A DNA stretch of 63,987 nt, filler included, from Octopus bimaculoides (Eukaryota): the NCBI RefSeq assembly GCF_001194135.2. It is 4 parts of 3 records of this genome, joined end to end, with 100 filler letters (N's around TTAATTAATTAA, not from the genome) between each part and the next. Parts side by side here need not be neighbours in the genome. Positions count along the whole stretch, not along the records: positions 46,991 to 62,879 come from NC_068984.1; positions 62,980 to 63,987 come from NW_026397862.1; 2 more parts are not named here. One strand, written 5' to 3'. The translations under genes and the position numbers were made by a program. The notes under the pieces were generated by a model. That model saw only the letters and a list, made by a program, of their open reading frames with translations. It had not been told where the DNA came from and ran no database searches. Shown here piece by piece: positions 52,852 through 63,987 of this stretch (positions within the stretch are counted from its first letter, which is position 1; the number at the start of each line of letters is the position of its first letter).

Positions 52852-54247
52852 AGTGTATTCATTTACAGTTCACTTCATCTGCATTATTCTATGTACTCTT
52901 CATGCACTTTGACTATTTTCCCCCATGAGTTGTGGTACACATGAGCACTGTATACAATAAGCCCATTGTCGTATTATTTTTCAAATGATTCCATCAATAT
53001 TTTCACCATTTCCAATGTAAATTCTTGTTTTTGTTTTTCTCTGTGACTTCCCATAATTTGTACTGTAACTTTATCTTTCGTTTCATTTCTCACACAGTAG
53101 TTTGACATCTTGTTCAGCTAAATCAGTGCTTCGTAGAAAGCAACCGTTTCCACAGACACCTTCCAGCTATTATTCTTACTTCGAAATATCAAAAACAATT
53201 TCGTATGCCCACTTTTTACCTTCGTCACGTCTTAAACTAAATTTACCTACGTCATCATCATGATCATCATCATCATCATCATCATCATCATTATCATTAT
53301 CGTTGTTGTCATTGTTATCTTTGTCTTCAATGTTGTTGTTGTTGTTGTTTATCGTTTTCCTTCTGGCAGTAATCACTTCAACAAACAGCATTCCTGTTCA
53401 CACCGTCGTCACCACAAAGCAATATAAGTCAATGGTAGCAGTCACCATCAGAACCATGGTAGTGGTGATGTTAGAGTGACCACCATCACCACCACCACCA
53501 CCACCACCATCACCACCACCACCACCACCACCACAACCACCACCACCANNNNNNNNNNNNNNNNNNNNNNNNNNNNNNNNNNNNNNNNNNNNNNNNNNNN
53601 NNNNNNNNNNNNNNNNNNNNNNNNNNNNNNNNNNNNNNNNNNNNNNNNNNNNNNNNNNNNNNNNNNNNNNNNNNNNNNNNNNNNNNNNNNNNNNNNNNNN
53701 NNNNNNNNNNNNNNNNNNNNNNNNNNNNNNNNNNNNNNNNNNNNNNNNNNNNNNNNNNNNNNNNNNNNNNNNNNNNNNNNNNNNNNNNNNNNNNNNNNNN
53801 NNNNNNNNNNNNNNNNNNNNNNNNNNNNNNNNNNNNNNNNNNNNNNNNNNNNNNNNNNNNNNNNNNNNNNNNNNNNNNNNNNNNNNNNNNNNNNNNNNNN
53901 NNNNNNNNNNNNNNNNNNNNNNNNNNNNNNNNNNNNNNNNNNNNNNNNNNNNNNNNNNNNNNNNNNNNNNNNNNNNNCACCACTTTGTCAACTTGAAATG
54001 ATTTCAAATTCCTACCAATAAATTTCAACAGCTTATTCGTTGTTGTTGTCGTTTGCTAATGGATAAATTTTAATCAATTAACTGATTAAACATTAATTTT
54101 GTGTAATTTGATGAACATTTCAAAATTGTTTATGACAAATCTATATGATTATAAGAGATTATCATTTGTCATCAAACATGGATTATTTCAATTCAGATTA
54201 TACTTATTAAATTTTCTTCATTATCACATCTTCCATTCTTTAATCTT

Positions 54248-55026
54248 TTGCTTGTTTCAGTCATTAGACTACAGCCATGCTGGGGTAGTGCCTTAAATTT
54301 TCAGTTGAATGATGCAGCCTCAGTGCTTCTTTTCTCAGTCTGATACTTACTCTATTGGTCTCTCTTGCCAAACCACTAAGTCATGGGGATGTAAACACAC
54401 CAACACCAGTTGTCAAGCAGTGGTGGGAGACAAACACAGACACAAAAGACACACACACATACACACTCATATATATATATATATGTGTGTGTATACATAT
54501 ATATATATATACCAGATGAAGCACATAAATGTGAAACAAGGTGGAAAAAATAGTACTGGAATACCAGAGGTAGAGTAATAGGTGCAGGTGTGGCTGTGTG
54601 GTAAGTAGCTTGCTTTCCAACCACATGGTTCCATGTTCAGTCCCACTGCATGGCACCATAGTCTAGTGTCTTCTAATATAGCCTCAGGCCGACCAAAACC
54701 TTGTCGGTAGATTTGGTAGAAGGAAGCTGAAAGAAGCCTGTCTTACATATNNNNNNNNNNATATATATATGTATCTATGTATGCATGTATAAGTGTGAGT
54801 GTGTATGTGTGTGTATATGTGTGTCAGTGTTTGTCCCCCCCCACCATCACTTAACAACTGATGTTGGTGTGTTTACATCCCTGTAACTTAGTGGTTTGGT
54901 AAAAGGAACTGATAGAATAAGTACTAGGCATATAAAGGATAAGTCTTGGGATCAATTTGTTCGGCTAAAGACAGTGCTCCAGCATGGCCACAGTCAAATG
55001 ACTGAAAGAAGTAAAAGAGTAAAAAG
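54248..55026. mobile_element. Inverted SINE family B pair (54248-54500 minus partial; 54580-55026 plus)
   Basis: Family B 3' half on minus followed by a full copy on plus (with a 10-N gap). Confidence 0.82.
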
Positions 55027-56134
55027 AATATATGTATATATATATATATATATATATGCGAGTAAAAATAAATACAAAAAAGGTGGGTTTTTTGTATGAT
55101 TGTGTATAGAGGAATATATTATTTTGTTTAAAAGAGCTCCAACACTGTCTGTTTTTTATGTTTTATTTATATTCCTGCAGAACTAATGTGGGGTATAGAA
55201 TATGGAATATACAATATATAATATAATATACAATATACAATATAAAATAAAATAAAATAAAAATGGATGGCACCATGAAAGAAAGTATTGAATGTAGATG
55301 AAATATTGAGTGTTCAGTATAAAGGATCANNNNNNNNNNNNNNNNNNNNNNNNNNNNNNNNNNNNNNNNNNNNNNNNNNNNNNNNNNNNNNNNNNNNNNN
55401 NNNNNNNNNNNNNNNNNNNNNNNNNNNNNNNNNNNNNNNNNNNNNNNNNNNNNNNNNNNNNNNNNNNNNNNNNNNNNNNNNNNNNNNNNNNNNNNNNNNN
55501 NNNNNNNNNNNNNNNNNNNNNNNNNNNNNNNNNNNNNNNNNNNNNNNNNNNNNNNNNNNNNNNNNNNNNNNNNNNNNNNNNNNNNNNNNNNNNNNNNNNN
55601 NNNNNNNNNNNNNNNNNNNNNNNNNNNNNNNNNNNNNNNNNNNNNNNNNNNNNNNNNNNNNNNNNNNNNNNNNNNNNNNNNNNNNNNNNNNNNNNNNNNN
55701 NNNNNNNNNNNNNNNNNNNNNNNNNNNNNNNNNNNNNNNNNNNNNNNNNNNNNNNNNNNNNNNNNNNNNNNNNNNNNNNNNNNNNNNNNNNNNNNNNNNN
55801 NNNNNNNNNNNNNNNNNNNNNNNNNNNNNNNNNNNNNNNNNNNNNNNNNNNNNNNNNNNNNNNNNNNNNNNNNNNNNNNNNNNNNNNNNNNNNNNNNNNN
55901 NNNNNNNNNNNNNNNNNNNNNNNNNNNNNNNNNNNNNNNNNNNNNNNNNNNNNNNNNNNNNNNNNNNNNNNNNNNNNNNNNNNNNNNNNNNNNNNNNNNN
56001 NNNNNNNNNNNNNNNNNNNNNNNNNNNNNNNNNNNNNNNNNNNNNNNNNNNNNNNNNNNNNNNNNNNNNNNNNNNNNNNNNNNNNNNNNNNNNNNNNNNN
56101 NNNNNNNNNNNNNNNNNNNNNNNNNNNNNNNNNN

Positions 56135-56620
56135 AGAAGAAGAAGAAGAAGAAGAAGAAGAAGAAGAATGAGGAGGAGAAGAAGAAGAAGAAGAAGAAGA
56201 AGAAGAAGAAGAAGAATGAGAAGAAGAAGAAGAAGAAGAAGAAGAAGAAGAAGAAGAAGAAGAAGAAGAAGAAGAAGAAGAAGAAGGTGGAGGAGGACAG
56301 AAAGGGAAAGAAAGAAAGAAAAAAAGAAAGAAGGGAAAAAGAAAAAACAATGATGAAGTGGGGAGGAACAGGAGGAGGAAAAAGAAAGAAAGAAGACTGG
56401 AGGAGGAGGAGGAGGAGGAGGAGGAGGAGGAGGTATGATGGAAAATAAGAAAAGTAGAAGAAAAAAAGAAGTGGAAAAAAGAAAATCAGGATGAACCAAA
56501 GAAAATAAAGAGAAAAGAAGAATCTTAATAAAAATGGTGAAGAATACAAGAATGAAGAAAGCAATGCAAAGCAAAGAGAAGGAAAGCAAAGATGAGAGAG
56601 AAAGACACAAGAACTCCTCA
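56135..56620. repeat. (GAA)n/(GGA)n polypurine tract
   Basis: Direct reading. Confidence 0.92.
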
Positions 56621-57074
56621 ATGGTATGATAGATTCTTTCTTTCTCTCGTTTTCTCTTTCTTTTTTTTCTCTTTTTTTTTGTTTTTTTTTTTCATTTTAT
56701 TTTCTTCTTTTTTTTTTTTGGTATGCAGTTTCAATGAACTTCACTCTGTGAATTTGGAACCATTCATATATCCTAGCAACAATGAAATGTTGAAAATAAA
56801 TTCGCAAAATATAGTAAAACAACAAAAAAAAAAAATTTTAAAAAAGAGAATAGAAAAAAGTTCCAGCAAATGTAACAAGAAATTTGGTATGTTTAACCTG
56901 AAGTTTGTTGAGAAGCTTGCCAAATATGGTCATAATCTATAAATATCAATCAACTCTAATCATCTATATTTAGTATTTACTTATATAAGATTTTCAAGGT
57001 GGCAGAGACGAGTGAACATGAGTAATGACTAATCTCTTCATTCAGATTCCGGCAGATAAACATGTCTACATTCT

Positions 57075-57592
57075 TTTATTTGTTTCAGTCATCTGACTGT
57101 GGCCATGCTGGAGCACCACCTTTAGTCGAACAAATCGACCCCAGGACTTATTAAATGATGATAATGATGATGATTATCTGTAGTTAGTTAATGTGCGCAG
57201 GCGGTGGCTGTATGGTAAGAAGCTTGCTTCCCAACCATTTGATTCTGGGTTCAGTCACACTGTGTGACACCTTGGGTAAGTATCTCCTACTATAGCCTCA
57301 GGCCAACCAAAGCCCTGTGAGTGGATTTAGTAGAAGGAAACTGAAAAGAAGCCTGTCATATGTGCGTGTGTGTGTGTTTGAGTGTTTGTGTTTGTCCCCC
57401 TACCATTGCTTGACAACTGATGTTGGTGTGTTTATGTCCCTGTAACTTAGCAGTTTGGCAAAAGTGACTAATGGAATAAGTACTAAGCTTACAAAGAATA
57501 AGCCCTGGGGTCGATTTGTTTGACTAAAGGTGGTGATCTTGGATGGCCACAATCAAATGACTGAAATATGTAAAAGAACAAAAGAATAAAAG
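57075..57592. mobile_element. SINE family B 3' fragment (57075-57150 minus) and full copy (57193-57592 plus)
   Basis: Family B motifs on both strands. Confidence 0.82.
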
Positions 57593-57699
57593 AATGTTGA
57601 GTCCCTCTTCATCCCAAATCAGATAGCCCCATGACTACAAATTAAGATACTAATTTTATATTGACTATATATATATATTGATCATAAATACTAACCATA

Positions 57700-57881
57700 T
57701 ATCGTCTATAGCACCTGTGCTGCATAAAAGCACCCAGTACACTCTGTAGAGTGGTTGGTGTTATGAAGGGCATCCAGCCGTAGAAACCATACCAAAACAG
57801 ACATGGAGCCTGAACAGTTCTTCAGCTGGTCAGTCTCTGTCGAATCATCCAACCCATGCCAGCATGGGAAACAGACGTTAA

Positions 57882-57935
<54 letters not shown>
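57700..57935 (+). mobile_element. Probable RTE-type LINE 3' tail ending in (GAT)n
   Basis: ...GAAGGGCATCCAGCCGTAGAAACC...AACCCATGCCAGCATGGGAAACAGACGTTAAATGATGATGAT; related reverse fragments near 48590-48650 and 49405-49510. RTE assignment is from memory. Confidence 0.5.
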
Positions 57936-57937
<2 letters not shown>

Positions 57938-58804
57938 TGATGGATGATACAAAGTATCTGTATAATAAAATACCGATACAATAATACTGACTATATGTTG
58001 ACTATATGCTAAAATATCAACTTTATAATATTGACAATATATTGACTGTATATTAAAATACCAACTATATATTGACTATATATTGAAATATATAGTCACA
58101 ATATATCGATTATATAAGACATCATTTTATGAAGAACTATCTTCACTTTGGCACATTTCAAGCTATTGGTTTCAAAGACGTTGTAATTCTTATAGATCTT
58201 CCTTTATTTATTTGCCAATTTTTTTTAGTTAGAATTCCACATATTTCAGGTTTTCATTGATTAACAAAGTCTGCATCACTTCTTTTTACTCTTTTGCTTT
58301 TGGGAAAGCTGCAGGCTATGAAGAACTCCTCTGTACAAAAACCTGTCTTGAATATCAAGATTGTTCCATTTTGACAGATTGAGCAAACCATTGCATTAAA
58401 TTCCACTAAATTTTAATCTCAATGTTCTCTAAGCTTACCGATTCTAACTCAGCAGCAGCAACTAGTAACTGACTTTCTCCAGATTATCTCTCAATGAATT
58501 TCAGATGCTTATGATAAATCTGATGAATATGCTAGTGGTGTTGGTGATAGCGGTGAAGGAGGTGGTTGAGGCAGTAGCAAAGGTGATGGTAGTGGTGGTG
58601 GTAGTGGAGGTGCTTGTGGTTGTAGTATTGATGGTGGTGGTTGTGAATCTCTGTCATTTGGCAACAAGGATTCAGTTGTTTGATCTTATCTGAATTATCT
58701 GCTCTTGATTAACATATAAGTGGCTGAGTATTCCACTGTCATGGGCACCCTTAACATATAAATCTCCGACAGAATCAGAATAACACAGCATATGACAAAG
58801 CTAT

Positions 58805-58897
58805 ACACAATGTTTCACTAATATACCCTCCAGCTTTCATCAGGTGTGTTGGGGAAATTTCGAACCTGGGTTCTCATTCTTAAGGTATTTTTCGATG
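58805..58897 (-). ncRNA. Second, decayed copy of the hammerhead module
   Basis: Minus strand ACAC-CTGATGA-AAGCTGGAGGGTATATTAGT-GAAA-CA-T-T-GTGT; stem II and stem III are damaged. Confidence 0.6.
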
Positions 58898-58918
58898 TTG
58901 TTGTTGTTGTTGTTGTTG

Positions 58919-58965
<47 letters not shown>

Positions 58966-60038
58966 GTTCAGTAGTTTTATTTTTATAATGTGCTTTCACT
59001 TCACTACCGAGCGCAGCTCTGTGCGTCTTGGGTATGTGCTGTGGTTTGCTGTGGTGCTCTTATGGTTACTGTATTGAAAGTGTTTTGCGTAGGATGTGTG
59101 CAGTGCCCAGTAGTGTAATTTTCTGTATGTTATATATATTTGTAAGTCCTGGTGTTTTTGTTATGTATTTNNNNNNNNNNNNNNNNNNNNNNNNNNNNNN
59201 NNNNNNNNNNNNNNNNNNNNNNNNNNNNNNNNNNNNNNNNNNNNNNNNNNNNNNNNNNNNNNNNNNNNNNNNNNNNNNNNNNNNNNNNNNNNNNNNNNNN
59301 NNNNNNNNNNNNNNNNNNNNNNNNNNNNNNNNNNNNNNNNNNNNNNNNNNNNNNNNNNNNNNNNNNNNNNNNNNNNNNNNNNNNNNNNNNNNNNNNNNNN
59401 NNNNNNNNNNNNNNNNNNNNNNNNNNNNNNNNNNNNNNNNNNNNNNNNNNNNNNNNNNNNNNNNNNNNNNNNNNNNNNNNNNNNNNNNNNNNNNNNNNNN
59501 NNNNNNNNNNNNNNNNNNNNNNNNNNNNNNNNNNNNNNNNNNNNNNNNNNNNNNNNNNNNNNNNNNNNNNNNNNNNNNNNNNNNNNNNNNNNNNNNNNNN
59601 NNNNNNNNNNNNNNNNNNNNNNNNNNNNNNNNNNNNNNNNNNNNNNNNNNNNNNNNNNNNNNNNNNNNNNNNNNNNNNNNNNNNNNNNNNNNNNNNNNNN
59701 NNNNNNNNNNNNNNNNNNNNNNNNNNNNNNNNNNNNNNNNNNNNNNNNNNNNNNNNNNNNNNNNNNNNNNNNNNNNNNNNNNNNNNNNNNNNNNNNNNNN
59801 NNNNNNCCAGGACTGGGCAGCCAGAGATAATATGATTTATTGTTTCTTGTCGATCTCCACATATTCTACAGTTACTTGTTATGTTTCTTTTCATTATATG
59901 TTTTTGGTAATTTCTGGTGGGGAGGCTTTGGTCTTGTGCAGCAATTAAAAATCCTTCAGTCTCTGCTTTGAGTCCTGAGCTTGTCAACCATTGCTGGGAT
60001 TTTTCTCTGTCTATTTCTTTTGCATTTAGTTTAGCCCA

Positions 60039-60040
<2 letters not shown>
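58966..60040 (-). mobile_element. 5'-truncated Dong/R4-clade LINE flanked by (AAT)n on both sides
   Basis: WLTSSGLKAETEGFLIAAQDQSLPTRNY...CRICGDRQETINHIISGCPVL before the gap; IQKITLLGTAHILRKTLSIQ* and 3' UTR after it. Confidence 0.92.
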
Positions 60041-60080
<40 letters not shown>

Positions 60081-60123
60081 GTTCAGGTCACTGCCTGGAA
60101 TTGAACTCGGAATCCTGGGGTTA
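60081..60123 (-). other. 5'-truncated tRNA-like head (B box)
   Basis: TAACCCCAGGATTCCGAGTTCAATTCCAGGCAGTGACCTGAAC contains GTTCAATTC (B-box GTTCRANNC) and is followed by (AAT)n. Confidence 0.55.
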
Positions 60124-60753
60124 CAGCTTGGTTTTGTTCCAACATAGCAAGAATTCTTGTTCTTACTTCTACGTCTTTTTCTGCAGTTAGTCCCTGAATA
60201 AACATCAGGCACTTGAATATGTCTGGTATTAACTCATCCAGTTGAACTTTTCACATTCTCTGTTAACTCTATCAGCATATGTGAATTAATCCTCCTCATT
60301 ATTCTTTTCTACATTCAAACATTTCCAATGTGTATTGAACAACGAGCTTTTCTCTCTAAGAATTTTACACAATATGTCTTCTGTATTTCTAAAGTTTATG
60401 TCACAAGGATATTTCAGGAATACATAATTATTGTAATGCTCATGTTCTCCTGCTGCCAGTTTTCTTAGAGTTAAATGCATTTTCATATCATTCTCTCAAT
60501 ATTTGCACTCTTTATTGAAGACCTATTCATATCTTCTATAATACACCTCAAAATTAACTCCTTCATCTGCTTCATACTTAAACTCCGTTATTGAGTTTGC
60601 TGTATAATCTGGTGAGAATATATTTTCAGCACTTTTGGAAGACTTACTATTCATTAATTGCAGTATTTATTATTTTAATAGTAAATGTTGTTGTTCCTGC
60701 AGTTGTTGGTGTTGTTTTTGCAACTCGAGCAAACCAGCCAACAGTTCTTCCAT
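60124..60753 (-). pseudogene. gag: Second Ty3/gypsy gag fragment (different lineage), degenerate
   Basis: MEELLAGLLELQKQ..., FEVYYRRYE, LRKLAAGEHEHYNNYV, EKSSLFNTHWKCLN, IFKCLMFIQGLTAEKDVEVRTRILAMLEQ; multiple stops and frameshifts. Confidence 0.75.
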
Positions 60754-62979
60754 AATTTTATGATTCTGTATACCGTAAAATTTGCACAAAAACTTTTGTG
60801 AGTTTGTTTAATCCTCATATGTTTGTTGATTTCTTGTGAGTTTGTTAATTCCTCATCCAATGTCAGACTATTATAACTTCCACTTCGGTATAGCAGTTTA
60901 GTTACTTAGACAAGTAAAGACACAACTACTTATGACTAACTTCGCCGACTCTCAACCACTTGACATCCTACATCACAGTATTTGTAACAACTATCACATT
61001 CCACTCGTCATGTGGGAGGGGTGTTCTATCATTATTATCCTCATAACAAATTTTTATTTATTTCTATTTTTTTGAGGTGACCAAAAGCTACAAATGTTTT
61101 ATGCCTTAGAGTCAACAATTATGAATTAATCTATAAAATTTAGCTTATTGCCTAGAATTATGAATGGTGGGATCCATTGTGAGAATCTCTTGGAGGAGTT
61201 GTGACCTTACCTTTATTATACCTGTGCTATCTGCCAAGCTGAATGTAGCAGAATATGTTCTAGGAGAGAGATCATGCACTCTTGTTCACTAGCCCTTGAT
61301 TATGTCAACATAATGTAGTTAATGGCATGTATTGGATCTCTAATGCTAGCTGAAATCCTATTGCACCGTTCCTTTAAGTTAAACAATATATATTTATGGG
61401 ACACCCACATAAGAGTCTCAAAAATCATGAGAAAGTATAACAACAGTATTGATTAAGTATATCTCCTTAACTACAAAAAGAATGAAAACAACAATCTGAA
61501 AATAAATTGATCTTTCATATTTCGGTGTAGCAGTCTAAATTAGTTTACAAATTAGTTCCCCTATGGGATGAGAGGTATCTAAGTTTCCTTAGAATTCTCC
61601 ATAATACTTCTCTTTTGTAATATCAGAGGCTTTCAAAAAAATCAATATCTACTACAAACAGAAGCTGTGTTTAAAACATTTCCCCCATCAAATTACCTTG
61701 CTATGAATATTATATTATTTGAACCTCTCCATGTCCTAAAACCATGCTCACACTCAAATGTTTGTAGAGGACATACGATTTTGTTTACGAAGCAAAAAAG
61801 TTTTTATAAAACTTATTTATAATTTCAATAAGAAAGAGGTTTTCTACAGTAATTACAATGTGCAGGGTTCGTGCATATCAAGTATATTGAACATTGGGTT
61901 TGGTCGTTTTGGAATAATTTTTTTTTGTTTTATACTGTTTTGTAATTATAAGTTGATCTTATATGTTTGCTTTGATGTTGTTACTAGTAGTAATAAGCTG
62001 GTAGATTCTCGTGCAATGTTTATATTTTTAACAGCATTGACATTGCCAAACTGAATGGTACTGTCCAGGATTTGAAACCATAGTGATACTCATTTGGCAG
62101 CTGATGATGGGAATACACATTTTTTATGCTTGCTTGTGAATTTCTTATATCTTAGTCTCATTATTTTCATAAAATAGAAAGTGTTTGTGGAATCATAATT
62201 TGTGGGGATGACTTACATTTGTATTGGTTGGTTTTTATTCATAGGTAATCTAATTAGGCTTAGATAACACTTAGATATTGGTGTCTAATTTTAGGAGGTT
62301 CTGTGGCATGTAAATACTTACTTAATTTAAACCTTTCACTTTCTATGGAGAATAGACTATTGGCAACTGTTCTTATCAACGTTCTCAACACTGGGCTCTT
62401 TGCCTCCCCCCAAGTCTAGTTGATTTTGAATTGTCATTAATGCTTCTGTAACTTTGTTTTCTTTTCTAGGTAGGCGTTTTGACCCTACACAAACCCATTT
62501 TCACCTCTAGGAATCTCTTGCTACCTCTTCCCACTTTTGAGGTTCATCCAACTCCTGTCCCTTGGATAAGAAGCTTTTAATTCACATAGGGATCTTTCTG
62601 TTGATGATGTAATGCCAGTTACACTCTTCATTCTGTGCATTATCATCCCTTCTTTCAATGCTAGTTCCAGTGCAAATGATATCATTCTATAATCCATTTC
62701 TTCTTCTGCATATGCACCGAATTTACATGCAATTAAAACCCTGAGAGTAACTTTCAAATGCTAAATTATAATATCCTTTGGTGATATAATTTCATAAACT
62801 TTGATCAACACTTTATCCATCTATCAATTTTACTTTATGACCTTACATCTGCCTTACACATTCAAATTTACTGAATTATNNNNNNNNNNNNNNNNNNNNN
62901 NNNNNNNNNNNNNNNNNNNNNNNTTAATTAATTAANNNNNNNNNNNNNNNNNNNNNNNNNNNNNNNNNNNNNNNNNNNN

Positions 62980-63020
<41 letters not shown>

Positions 63021-63021
<1 letters not shown>

Positions 63022-63500
63022 CTCAAATTCACTAAGGAGGAAATATCAACACTGGATAGAAGGACGAGAAAGTCGATGACGCTACATGGGGCGCTACATC
63101 CTAAAGTAAAAGAAAACAAACCGTATATGAAAAGAAAGTTGGCAGAGGATTAATTAGGATAGACAATTGTATAAGGAGTGAAAGGAGAACGCTTGCCGAG
63201 TATTTGATAAATAGTGATGCAGACCTGCTACAATATGCCGCGACAGATATGGATGTAAGTGCAGATGAAATGATGGGCAAGGAAGAGTTTAACCAAAGAG
63301 CTGAAGAGAAAAGAAAACAAAAACCTTGAAATGAAAATGCATGGACAGTTTGAAAGGAATACACAAGATGCTAAGGATAATGCAGCATCGTGGGCATGGC
63401 TTGAGCGAGGTGATTTGAAGCGTACCACCGAAAGCCTGATCATTGCTGCACAAGACCAGGCTCTCGGTACCAAATCAGTGAAGTATAGCATCTATAAAAC
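63021..63500 (+). mobile_element. Dong/R4-clade LINE internal fragment (distinct family) starting in (AAT)n
   Basis: LDRRTRKSMTLHGALHPK...MKMHGQFERN...WAWLERGDLKRTTESLIIAAQDQAL. Confidence 0.88.
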
Positions 63501-63595
63501 TTCACTTGAGTACTGGGGTCGATGTAATCTACTAGTCCCCTCCACCAAAATTTCAGACCTTATAGTTATTATTATGATTATGATTATTATTATTA

Positions 63596-63653
<58 letters not shown>

Positions 63654-63719
63654 CATTATTATTATTATTATTGAGAGCGGTCAGGTTCAAATTTTCTCAT
63701 TTTAAAAGAATGACTTGAA

Positions 63720-63942
63720 AGTCAACGTAAGATCGTAATACTTCATGCGAAGTAAAGTAAATATAACAAGTAATCCAGAATTCTTGTCCGGTGCCAGATC
63801 GACCCCAAAGTGTAATCAGTTCGTGCCAGTCATGAGGTCAAACATCTCTGAAAGTTTCATCCGAATCCCACCAGGAGTTCTAGAGGTAAAAAACCCTAAC
63901 AAACACGACTGAAAACAATACCTCCGCTAACGAGGAGGAATT
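63720..63942 (+). mobile_element. Possible Helentron-associated (HINE-like) element 3' end
   Basis: GAAAGTTTCATCCGAATCC...GAAAACAATA followed by terminal hairpin CCTCC-GCTAACGA-GGAGG (63921-63938); resembles remembered mollusc HINE ends. Confidence 0.45.
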
Positions 63943-63955
63943 AATAATAATGATG

Positions 63956-63987
<32 letters not shown>

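Noticed and set aside
55163-56621. Long ORFs of 340-435 aa
   Set aside because: They consist of N gap plus (GAA)n; there is no real coding evidence.
61358-61377. ...ACCGTTCCTTTAA resembling a Kolobok right end
   Set aside because: No matching left TIR was found.
61758-62054. ORF containing QGSCISSIL, reminiscent of TERT/Penelope RT motif B'
   Set aside because: No flanking RT motifs are present in frame; treated as chance.
61900-62870. Possible very old LINE RT on the minus strand
   Set aside because: Only vague motif echoes were found; no ordered set could be established by eye.

Overview
Eukaryotic, AT-rich, heavily gapped scaffold. The microsatellite load and SINE/LINE repertoire point to an octopus (coleoid cephalopod) genome; this is an inference from remembered family signatures, not a search result. 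No intact host gene is recognisable, and nearly all ORF-track entries are microsatellite or N-gap artefacts. The window is a stack of mobile-element remains: a CsRn1-type Ty3/gypsy provirus (about 30976-35533, minus) with a TIR element encoding SAP+SWIM nested in its 3' LTR, a second gypsy gag, several R4/Dong-clade (RLE) LINE pieces sitting in microsatellites, a Penelope GIY-YIG ORF, a CR1-type RT, degenerate hAT and FLYWCH-MULE transposases, two foldback MITEs, and dozens of copies of four tRNA-derived SINE families. The most interesting signal is a minimal hammerhead ribozyme module present twice (52755-52800 plus; 58805-58847 minus). One copy reconstructs, after removing a Dong LINE insertion, as tRNA-like head + (AAT)n + hammerhead, which would be a candidate Pol III ribozyme-bearing SINE-like element. 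Three 100-bp gaps contain an artificial TTAATTAATTAA linker, so adjacency across them is unreliable. All alignments and translations were done by eye, and boundaries of degenerate elements are approximate.
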